Virus record (IMG/VR): IMGVR_UViG_2703718817_000011
Reading direction: 5' to 3' (one strand)
DNA from: a virus
Taxonomy: Duplodnaviria > Heunggongvirae > Uroviricota > Caudoviricetes
DNA length: 15,650 bases
Shown: piece by piece, positions 7,693-14,432 of the stretch
How the letters are laid out: the number at the start of each line of letters is the position of its first letter
Numbering within the stretch: position 1 is the first letter of the stretch
Notes under the pieces: model-generated
What the model was told of the DNA's origin: nothing
The model's database searches: none
Seen by the model: only the letters and a program-made list of their open reading frames with translations
Position numbers and translations under genes: made by a program

Positions 7693-7965
7693 TTAGCTGT
7701 CTGTGTAATTACGCCATATTTCATCGCTTACACCATCCATACCCATTTCAGCATAAGTGCGATCGACTGCCTTTCTCAGGTCTCCGAAGTTATCCGGCGG
7801 CTCCGGTGGCCTCTGTGCCTTCCTGGAACATTCCAGCCGTCGCATCGTAACCTGATGCCGTTCCTTGTCTGTCTCCACCAGTTGCATGACTTCACCCCAT
7901 CGCGCCGCCGCCCTCCGGTAAAAGCCTTTTGCCTCGAGTTCCTCCGCTATGCGGTCATGTGCCAT
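7693..7965 (-). CDS. PerC-family transcriptional regulator homologue
   Basis: Start at ATG 7965 with a GAGGGGG SD; contains the YRRAAARW motif characteristic of PerC/Pch proteins (recollection). Confidence 0.65.
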   Translation of the reverse strand: MAHDRIAEELEAKGFYRRAAARWGEVMQLVETDKERHQVTMRRLECSRKAQRPPEPPDNFGDLRKAVDRTYAEMGMDGVSDEIWRNYTDS

Positions 7966-7975
7966 CGTCACCCCC

Positions 7976-8386
7976 TCAGAACGGAATATCATCACCGTAA
8001 GGGTCATCGCCTCCCGCTGGTGGCTGATTACCCTGTGTGCCTGTGGCTTTGCGTCTGTTCCCGCCAGGACGTGCCGCGCGGGCACTGATTACGCTGTCCG
8101 CAATAACCTGATACCCCTGCCGTGTTTCCCCGTTCTGTCCGGTCCACTGGCTTACCTGCATCGTGCCGGATACGCTGGCAACATCGCCTTTTTGATGTTT
8201 AGCCAGGAAATCGGCCTGTTTGCCAAATGCGATAACCGATAACCATAACGTCGCCTGTCCGTCATGTGCCTGGCTGCATGGCAACGATACCGCCATACGC
8301 GCCAGAGTCATCGGTGTGCCCTTGCTGCTCTGTTTTACCAGCGGGTCGTCCACCAGCCGCCCGTAAGCTGCAATTTGTGCTGTCAT
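7976..8386 (-). CDS. ssb: Single-stranded DNA-binding protein
   Basis: 136 aa with an OB-fold-like N-terminal region, a Gly/Pro-rich linker and the C-terminal acidic tail DDIPF; GAGGTGG SD. Confidence 0.85.
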   Translation of the reverse strand: MTAQIAAYGRLVDDPLVKQSSKGTPMTLARMAVSLPCSQAHDGQATLWLSVIAFGKQADFLAKHQKGDVASVSGTMQVSQWTGQNGETRQGYQVIADSVISARAARPGGNRRKATGTQGNQPPAGGDDPYGDDIPF

Positions 8387-8395
8387 ATTGCCACC

Positions 8396-8701
8396 TCAGT
8401 GAAGCGATCCGGCGTTGTTCTTTTTCATCTCTTCCATCATTTTTTCAGTGAGCATTACGCACTGAAAACCCATGCTTTTGATGTCTACGGGTTTCATGCC
8501 TTTGTCTGTGGATATCACAGGCAGAATATCCTGATACACATCGCGGTCAGGGTAACTAAGCACACAAAGCGCCCATGATGCCACGGGTGAGGATCCTTCG
8601 TCTGTTTCAACCCACCAGCCTGGTGTAGCTGCGCTTATTTGCAGAATCGTGATCCGTCCGTTGTGCTTGTAAAATTTTTCACCAAATTTTGGTTCGCTCA
8701 T
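8396..8701 (-). CDS. Hypothetical protein (101 aa)
   Basis: ORF with an ATGA overlap to the upstream gene; 10-nt gap to ssb; no recognisable family. Confidence 0.5.
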   Translation of the reverse strand: MSEPKFGEKFYKHNGRITILQISAATPGWWVETDEGSSPVASWALCVLSYPDRDVYQDILPVISTDKGMKPVDIKSMGFQCVMLTEKMMEEMKKNNAGSLH

Positions 8702-8949
8702 GATTCCACCTCTCCGGTTTTAACGTTGATTGTTGTTACCTGTTCCGCTTCGGCAATCTCCCGTTCTGTCAGCGTGGCAAAGTTTGCCGCCGCTGTGGTC
8801 ATGAATGCGCTTATCAGTTCGGGATGCTCCTTCGCGTATCCTTCCCCCGCGTGGCGGTCTATCGTTCTGATTGCCACCTTTAAAGCGTGCTCTGTCATGT
8901 CTAACGCTTTATATTTTGGCTGTGTTCTGTCTCTGCGTTTTTGTGTCAT
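8698..8949 (-). CDS. Hypothetical protein (83 aa)
   Basis: Start taken at the internal ATG 8949 (GGTGGGGAG SD); the upstream part of track ORF 8698..9144 overlaps the iteron region and is probably non-coding. Confidence 0.4.
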   Translation of the reverse strand: MTQKRRDRTQPKYKALDMTEHALKVAIRTIDRHAGEGYAKEHPELISAFMTTAAANFATLTEREIAEAEQVTTINVKTGEVES

Positions 8950-8950
8950 C

Positions 8951-9155
8951 TCCCCACCTATACCCACTTTTACTCCCCACTTTTCACAATTCCCCATCTC
9001 GTTAAAGGCGTGGGATTTGTAATTTTTATCATGCTGTTTCATAAGGATTTTTTTGCTCCCCACTTTTTGGGATGTATACAGGTCAAAAAGTGGGGGATTG
9101 TGTTTAAATTTTGTTAAATTCCCCATACCCACCACTTTTGCCACCCACTTTTTAC
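8951..9155. repeat. Putative replication origin: CCCCACTTTT-type iterons flanking an AT-rich segment
   Basis: At least six copies of CCACTTTT in both orientations (about 8965, 8977, 9060, 9084 inverted, 9133, 9146) around an AT-rich stretch at 9011-9056, immediately 3' of the replication gene. Confidence 0.5.
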
Positions 9156-10561
9156 AGTGGCCCTACATCATCGCCGTCAACATAGATAACGCCGTCTTTT
9201 TCCAGCTTGCCCAGCCAGCGCCGGAAGTGCTTTATTTCGTACCCCAGTTTTTTCATGTCATCACGTAACAGCGGGATCGTGCACTTGTCGCCGTTCTGTG
9301 TGCGTGAACGGATACACCCCCATAGCGCGGTATGGTTTTCCGTCTTGTTGCCTGCCTCTTCGATGCGCTCCAGTTCAACGGGAGGGCGCGGCTTATCCAC
9401 CACCACCAGCGACGTGATTAACTCCCCGTCAGCGTCGGTAAAAAGCTCCACCACCCGCAAATCATAGGCAGCCTCTTTGAGTTCCTCCGCGTCCTTCATT
9501 TTGGTGCATGAGATAACCAGCGCTTCGCTTCCTGCGTCCTCCCTGCGTATCCGGTATTCAGCATCCAGTGATGCACGAAATGCACTGGAACCGCGCGCGC
9601 CTTTCGTCTCATCCTTGCCGGAATGGTGAACCACCAGCACCGTGGCCCCTGTGCGTCGTTTCAGTTCGTCACACCCACGGATAAACGCCCCCATGTCGCG
9701 GGAGTCATTTTCATCATTGCCGCCAAAGCAGCGCGCCAGCGTGTCCAGAATAATCATGCGAACAGGTTTACCCGTTTCCCTCTCCACCTGACTGGCAGCA
9801 ATAACCAGTTCATCAACATCAAGCGGGACAGCCGGAAAGATGGGACGGTTTACCAGATACAGATTTTTCACCTGCTCACCGTGCACAACCTCCCAGGCTT
9901 TTACACGACGCGGAACGCCGATACCGCCTTCACCAACCACATAGAGAACAGCGCCATGCGCCACCCTGCGGCCTCCCCACTGGCGGCCCGTGGAAACGTG
10001 ACACGCCCACGATCCGGCAAGGAATGATTTATAGGAACCGCTCGCCCCGTATATGCTGCAAAGCGACGATGCCGGAATAATCCCCTTTACCACGTAATCA
10101 AGTTGTGTGTCGTATCCGGTAGATCCAACGCTCATCGGTAGCGTGGTTTTTCGCTGGGGGATTTTTTTCATGACCAGGCTTTCCCCGCGTTCCCATGCCT
10201 CCCTAAGCCGTGGAAGCTGGTCGCTCCATTCCTCCAGCAATTCGAAATTTTCAGAAAGTAGCCGCGCCTCCTGGACTCCGGCGATCGCCAGTTTCGTGGC
10301 GATGGTTAACAGCTGCGGCTCTTCAATATTTCCGGCGCGTATCACCGTCGCCCTGTATCGCCCATCATCAACAATCTGGAGGTTATCCAGTTCGCTTAAC
10401 TGATAACGCCCCAGATAAACGGGAGGGACTGGATCGCCTGCTTTTTTGGCCTGTGCAATGATGTAATGCTCTGCGAATGAGTGAGCATCAATACCCGCAA
10501 AAATAATCGCATCGGTGTATTTGTCTTTCGGTAATAGTTTTACGTTCGGTGCCAGTTTCAT
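9152..10561 (-). CDS. Replication initiator/helicase-type ATPase (AAA_25/RepA-like), candidate PICI Pri-Rep
   Basis: 469 aa with Walker A GASGSYKS, Walker B-like MIILDTL and an HHSGK motif typical of AAA_25 RecA-like replication proteins; N-terminal domain about 150 aa of unknown type. Confidence 0.7.
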   Translation of the reverse strand: MKLAPNVKLLPKDKYTDAIIFAGIDAHSFAEHYIIAQAKKAGDPVPPVYLGRYQLSELDNLQIVDDGRYRATVIRAGNIEEPQLLTIATKLAIAGVQEARLLSENFELLEEWSDQLPRLREAWERGESLVMKKIPQRKTTLPMSVGSTGYDTQLDYVVKGIIPASSLCSIYGASGSYKSFLAGSWACHVSTGRQWGGRRVAHGAVLYVVGEGGIGVPRRVKAWEVVHGEQVKNLYLVNRPIFPAVPLDVDELVIAASQVERETGKPVRMIILDTLARCFGGNDENDSRDMGAFIRGCDELKRRTGATVLVVHHSGKDETKGARGSSAFRASLDAEYRIRREDAGSEALVISCTKMKDAEELKEAAYDLRVVELFTDADGELITSLVVVDKPRPPVELERIEEAGNKTENHTALWGCIRSRTQNGDKCTIPLLRDDMKKLGYEIKHFRRWLGKLEKDGVIYVDGDDVGPL

Positions 10562-10857
10562 TTTTTACCCCTGAATCCGTTAATCATGGTTTTCAGCTTC
10601 TGGATGTTTGCCCGTGCCCTGACGTTGCTGGTGGGCACGTTATGCGGCGCGGTCTGTACCAGAGAAAAATCACGCCGGAACTGATAAACAGGCATCACGC
10701 AATCATATTCGTAACCTTCACGGCGGTAAGTTACGCACCGTCCCGCCACGCCCTTAATCATTACCGTGCCGCCGTACTGGTCGCGGTAAATATCACCGCG
10801 CGTAAATTTAGGGTGAGTGTTGCCACTGGCAGTTAAGCCAGAATATTTAAGTTTCAT
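10558..10857 (-). CDS. Hypothetical protein (99 aa)
   Basis: ATG 10857 with a GGAGAA SD; ATGA overlap with the rep start. Confidence 0.5.
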   Translation of the reverse strand: MKLKYSGLTASGNTHPKFTRGDIYRDQYGGTVMIKGVAGRCVTYRREGYEYDCVMPVYQFRRDFSLVQTAPHNVPTSNVRARANIQKLKTMINGFRGKK

Positions 10858-10862
10858 TATTT

Positions 10863-11096
10863 TTATTCTCCGGTGTGCTGTTCGTTATATCTGTCGTGCA
10901 ATGTCTCTATTTCCTGCAACTCATTTATTACAGGCTCAAGAAGCGTTATTAATGCCGTGACAATTCTTGATTTTTGTTTGTCGCGTTCATTGTCGCCAAG
11001 TGTTTCAAGCCATATGCGCAATATTTCCAGCATGTTTTCACTGTGAGAAAGTGCAAGAAATACGCGTTCTGTTGTTTCGTGGTAAATATCACGCAT
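10863..11096 (-). CDS. Hypothetical protein (77 aa)
   Basis: ORF overlapping the upstream gene by 8 nt. Confidence 0.45.
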   Translation of the reverse strand: MRDIYHETTERVFLALSHSENMLEILRIWLETLGDNERDKQKSRIVTALITLLEPVINELQEIETLHDRYNEQHTGE

Positions 11097-11322
11097 GGCT
11101 TACATCCTCAGGAAATTTTCTTCTGTAACGCGCCTCTGCCACATATTCCGCATAATCGGCGGCGATATTCAGTACATCAAGTCCCGTTGATTTATATTCT
11201 TTCGTGGAAAGTAAGAAAAAAGCCGCTCTAATAAGTTCTGGCATTGACGAAAGCGCATCAGCCGCATCATCAGATACGCCGGAAAATTCTTGTTTCAGGG
11301 AATAAAAACGATCATCACGCAT
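11089..11322 (-). CDS. Hypothetical protein (77 aa), possibly the C-terminal part of a gene split at a G9 tract
   Basis: ATG 11322 lies 2 nt after a 9-G homopolymer (minus strand); no properly spaced SD. Confidence 0.4.
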   Translation of the reverse strand: MRDDRFYSLKQEFSGVSDDAADALSSMPELIRAAFFLLSTKEYKSTGLDVLNIAADYAEYVAEARYRRKFPEDVSHA

Positions 11323-11555
11323 AACCCCCCCCCATTTTCACAATCAGCAATCAGGATAGCTTTGGCCTCATTCAGCGCCATATCAGCACTAAGTTGCATA
11401 ACCGCCAGCGAATGAGGAACGAAAGCCCCGGCATATTCTGTTTCGCTGGTGGCGTGCTTATGTGCCCTGTCCGCGATAACAGAAATATCAATCAGCGCGT
11501 GCATCAGCGTTTTGATGGCTTCGGCGGCTGCGTCCGGTGTGGTTTTATTGTGCAT
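11295..11555 (-). CDS. Hypothetical protein (86 aa), possibly the N-terminal part of a gene split at a G9 tract
   Basis: ORF ends in a hydrophobic tail (LCVMIVFIP) right after the homopolymer; a +1 G would fuse it in frame to 11089..11322. Confidence 0.4.
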   Translation of the reverse strand: MHNKTTPDAAAEAIKTLMHALIDISVIADRAHKHATSETEYAGAFVPHSLAVMQLSADMALNEAKAILIADCENGGGLCVMIVFIP

Positions 11556-11757
11556 AAAGCATCCCCTGAATATTCGTGTTAATCATTCCGGCACGTTTTG
11601 TGATTTCCTGTAATGATTCCCTTGTGGCGACAATTGCTTCATCTGGTAAGTGGTAATTACACACCACGCGACCTTTATCCACATTGACCAGTAGCTGCCC
11701 TGTGAATTTCTCACGAAACTGAATGCGGTTAAGGTCAGTAAGTGACAGATTAATCAT
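11545..11757 (-). CDS. Hypothetical protein (70 aa)
   Basis: ATG 11757 preceded by a strong AGGAGGTG SD and overlapping the upstream stop. Confidence 0.5.
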   Translation of the reverse strand: MINLSLTDLNRIQFREKFTGQLLVNVDKGRVVCNYHLPDEAIVATRESLQEITKRAGMINTNIQGMLYAQ

Positions 11758-12307
11758 GGCGCACCTCCTGACGAATACGGGCGGCAAATACAGCAACACA
11801 ACCGGACGGGCAACGGTTACGCGCTTCGCGTTCCGTCCAGGCGGTTACGTGGATGATTTGATGGTCTGACGCGCCAAAGGCAATAAAGCGCCAGATAAAG
11901 GCTGTTTGAGAATGTACGAGGGCAGGGGTAGTAGCCATGTTGGCAGCCTCCTCAGTGTGGTTAAGATAACCGCCACGCAAAAGGCTAATTTCGCTGGTGG
12001 CGGACTGTACAGGGTTAGCCTTACCGGACACTGAAGAAACCGGCGCGGATTGCTCCGCCCCCGTACAGCCCACCATTGATAAGGTGTGACTATGCGGCAC
12101 AAAAAAACACGCGGGACGCGTGCTGTGCGCTTCAGTTGTTTTCAGGAGGCTAATCCCGACACCCGTTTTATGAGGTGCGCGGGAATCATAGCTATTTTCG
12201 ACACTGGCGATCAACTGGTTTTTTTCTCCGATATTCAGGGCCAGAAAACGCCACACAAAGGCAGTTTGTGTGTGTACAAGGTGTGGTATATGATTTACAG
12301 CAACCAT
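11750..12307 (-). CDS. Icd-like (P4 host cell division inhibitor-like) protein with tandem duplicated domain and internal start
   Basis: ATG 12307 with an AGGAG SD; two copies of an LVH(T/S)QTAF(V/I)WRF segment; second in-frame ATG at 11938 has its own GAGGAGG SD; Icd-like call from recollection of P4-like island proteins. Confidence 0.5.
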   Translation of the reverse strand: MVAVNHIPHLVHTQTAFVWRFLALNIGEKNQLIASVENSYDSRAPHKTGVGISLLKTTEAHSTRPACFFVPHSHTLSMVGCTGAEQSAPVSSVSGKANPVQSATSEISLLRGGYLNHTEEAANMATTPALVHSQTAFIWRFIAFGASDHQIIHVTAWTEREARNRCPSGCVAVFAARIRQEVRHD

Positions 12308-12398
12308 AACGGCTCCTAGTTTACGTTGTTGGTTAGAAGCCCTGCGAGTGGTAACGACACTTGCGGGGCTTTGTCTTTTCATCGATTACCTTGATAAA

Positions 12399-12487
12399 GG
12401 TGTCAGCCACTATATTAGTAACGGGTGTCAGCCACGTCAATAGTGTTTTTCCGTTTTCTTGTGTGTATACTGTCAGCCACCTAATAA
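12399..12487. promoter_or_regulatory. Divergent promoter/operator region with three direct repeats of GGTGTCAGCCAC
   Basis: Repeats at 12399-12410, 12424-12435 and 12470-12480; minus-strand TTGACG-17nt-TAATAT (12435-12440 and 12412-12417) with a repeat in the spacer; plus-strand TATACT (12466-12471) or TTGTGT-17nt-TAATAA. Confidence 0.45.
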
Positions 12488-12501
12488 CGAGGAAATCAGA
12501 T

Positions 12502-12681
12502 ATGGCAACAAAAGCAGTTAATGCAAAATCCAAAAAGCTTGAGGCTCGAGTACCACACGCAATAGCTGATGCTGTAGAAAATTTAAAGGAAGATGGCGAA
12601 AGTACAGGGCAATTTATCGTTTCGGCACTTGAAGGCGAGATCAAACGCCGCCAGCGCCGCAAGGCCAAAGAATCAGAATAA
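12502..12681 (+). CDS. Ribbon-helix-helix (CopG/Arc-like) DNA-binding protein, 59 aa
   Basis: ATG 12502 with a GGAA SD; predicted beta-strand/helix/helix layout (KLEARVPHAIADAVENLKEDGESTGQFIVSALEGEIKRR); divergent from the replication operon. Confidence 0.55.
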   Translation: MATKAVNAKSKKLEARVPHAIADAVENLKEDGESTGQFIVSALEGEIKRRQRRKAKESE

Positions 12682-12738
12682 TCACTATCAGCGCCGTGGT
12701 GTGAGGTACTACGGCGCATTGCTTTACAGGGCAGTATC

Positions 12739-12966
12739 ATGACCAACAACACACTATCACCAATACAAGACACGCAAACGCAAGATGATGAATTCATCCG
12801 GCAAAGGCAGTCAGAAGCCTGCGCCAGACTTGAGGAAGAACTAACCAGAACAAAAATACCACCACCAGCGCCGCGCTTAGTGCCACCAGAAAAATTTGCC
12901 CTTGAAGATTTTGTCGATAAATACCCACGGCGGCTTAAATCCGGCAAAAACCGACCGCCAGGATGA
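12739..12966 (+). CDS. Small protein of unknown function (75 aa), partner of the upstream RHH gene
   Basis: ATG 12739 follows the conserved 44-nt hairpin element; paralogous to 13423..13626. Confidence 0.45.
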   Translation: MTNNTLSPIQDTQTQDDEFIRQRQSEACARLEEELTRTKIPPPAPRLVPPEKFALEDFVDKYPRRLKSGKNRPPG

Positions 12967-13084
12967 GTGCACAAAACCGAACTATGAAACGGATTATTCC
13001 GTTTCCGGGGCGTTTGTGTGTGTATAAAGAGTAAGCTATGCTCTTTTATAGCCATAATCGTTCCTCAATTAATGGTTTGGTTAG

Positions 13085-13128
13085 ACGCCCCGTATGTGTT
13101 CCCATCACTGCGGGGCGTTGTTTTTTGT
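13085..13128 (+). terminator. Intrinsic terminator after the first RHH module
   Basis: 8-bp GC-rich stem ACGCCCCG / CGGGGCGT followed by TGTTTTTTG. Confidence 0.5.
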
Positions 13129-13185
13129 GCTAGTTGTGTGTAATGTGTATATACACATAAACACATTATATGGGGTGTAATTGAC

Positions 13186-13365
13186 GTGTCAACACACAAA
13201 AATGAAAGGCGTGGTAATCCTCCTTTCCAGTTCCGTTTAGATCCTGACTTACGGGAAAAGATGGAAAAAGCACAACAACAAGACGGTGATGACTCTTTAG
13301 CTGCTTGGATAAAACGAATAATCCGAAAAGAATTACAGCAACGCGGTATTGAACCCAAAGAATAA
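13186..13365 (+). CDS. Arc-like ribbon-helix-helix protein, about 59 aa (start uncertain, GTG proposed)
   Basis: Not in the ORF track (below 60 aa with a non-ATG start); hand translation gives VSTHKNERRGNPPFQFRLDPDLREKMEKAQQQDGDDSLAAWIKRIIRKELQQRGIEPKE, resembling P22 Arc; GGGGTG SD-like 8 nt upstream. Confidence 0.5.
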   Translation: MSTHKNERRGNPPFQFRLDPDLREKMEKAQQQDGDDSLAAWIKRIIRKELQQRGIEPKE

Positions 13366-13422
13366 AAAACATCAGCGCCGTGGCGTGAGGAACTCCGGCG
13401 CATTGCTTTACAGGTACACACA

Positions 13423-13626
13423 ATGACCAATAAAGAATCAACCAATACACCATCGCAAAAAACGAACAGAGAGCACGAAAATATGGCGCTCGAGCATGAA
13501 TCAGAAAGATTCGCTCCATGCGCTTTTGTCCTTGATGAGTTTCTAAAAAAATATTCACGTTCTGAACGGATGAAAATGGCAGCACAATACGGCCCCAACA
13601 AGCAAGGTAATTGCCCACCAGCCTGA
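13423..13626 (+). CDS. Small protein of unknown function (67 aa), paralogue of 12739..12966
   Basis: ATG 13423 follows the second copy of the 44-nt element; both proteins start MTN and share a C-terminal F(A/V)L(E/D)(D/E)F..KY.R motif. Confidence 0.45.
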   Translation: MTNKESTNTPSQKTNREHENMALEHESERFAPCAFVLDEFLKKYSRSERMKMAAQYGPNKQGNCPPA

Positions 13627-13699
13627 TAGCGGCTATCATTCCCGTGCTTATGTTTGGGATCACATACACATAAGGCGCAGCAGGTTAATTGTTCAGAAA

Positions 13700-13728
13700 G
13701 GCGGCTCCATATCGGGGCCGCTTTTTTT
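13700..13728 (+). terminator. Intrinsic terminator after the second RHH module
   Basis: GCGGC / GCCGC stem followed by seven T. Confidence 0.5.
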
Positions 13729-13869
13729 ATGCCTGAAAAACCCCAATTTTGTTGTTTTTCAGTTTCACCAGGGCGAACGAATCCCCGCCCACGTTCGGGC
13801 GCATATTCAATCTTCATAGTTATATCTCTGTATTAGTGGATGTGTGGCGACTGTGTGCCGCCAGTCTTT

Positions 13870-14058
13870 TTAGTGAACTGCCTTGCAGCTATCCTTCCAG
13901 GCCAAAACCTCAGATAAAGACCAGCCAACAGAACGCCCACCAAGTTTACGACGTGATGGGAATTGTCCGGCCTTTTCCAGGCGGTAGCGGCATGAGCGGC
14001 TAAGGCCTGTTAGCTTTTCGCATTCTTTTTCACGTATAAACCGATCAGTGCTTAACAC
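13870..14058 (-). CDS. alpA: AlpA-family phage regulatory protein (excisionase/transcriptional regulator-like)
   Basis: 62 aa, apparent GTG start with an AAGGGGG SD; winged-helix excisionase-like sequence (LTGLSRSCRYRLEKAGQFP ... GWSLSEVLAW); downstream of and co-directional with int. Confidence 0.78.
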   Translation of the reverse strand: MLSTDRFIREKECEKLTGLSRSCRYRLEKAGQFPSRRKLGGRSVGWSLSEVLAWKDSCKAVH

Positions 14059-14219
14059 TATTGCCCCCTTTCGTTTCTTAAAGAGTTATTTCGTGTTCTA
14101 TTGCGTTGGGATGTGTCTGATTGTGTCAGGATGATTCAGAGTTGGCAAATGTTGGTGTCGCATGGTTTACAGAAAGAGGAATAATCAGGATAAAATCATT
14201 TAAATTCATGTTAATACAA

Positions 14220-14249
14220 AGGCATAAAATCTTGTTTTATGCCTTTTTT
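14220..14249 (+). terminator. Strong stem-loop plus T-tract in the int-alpA intergenic region
   Basis: 10-bp stem AGGCATAAAA / TTTTATGCCT, 5-nt loop, then TTTTT; could act bidirectionally to end int transcription. Confidence 0.45.
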
Positions 14250-14340
14250 CGCACACTTTAACGCGTAATTCACTAATGTATAAAAAACCAGCTGAGCATT
14301 AAAAATCAGCAACTTACAAATCTGTATTCTTTTTGGCCTC

Positions 14341-14390
14341 TTGTTCGTGATTGTGTCACGTTGTTGCACATTGTTTCTCGTTGTATCTGT
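14341..14390. repeat. Five helically phased decamers each beginning TTGT
   Basis: ttgttcgtga ttgtgtcacg ttgttgcaca ttgtttctcg ttgtatctgt with an exact 10-bp period, between int and alpA. Confidence 0.55.
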
Positions 14391-14432
14391 GCACTTATCC
14401 AGTATGCGCATACTGAAAAAACACGAAAAAAA

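Noticed and set aside
12333-13817. Two long minus-strand ORFs (12333..13055, 240 aa, and 13065..13817, 250 aa)
   Set aside because: They are antisense to the RHH modules, Cys/Ser-rich and low complexity, lack SD sequences, and cross two plus-strand terminators; their mutual similarity only reflects the duplicated plus-strand module. The plus-strand genes have RBSs, recognisable folds and terminators.
14211-14411. Minus-strand 66-aa ORF in the int-alpA intergenic region
   Set aside because: Lys-rich low-complexity translation spanning the terminator hairpin and phased repeats; the region is better explained as regulatory DNA.
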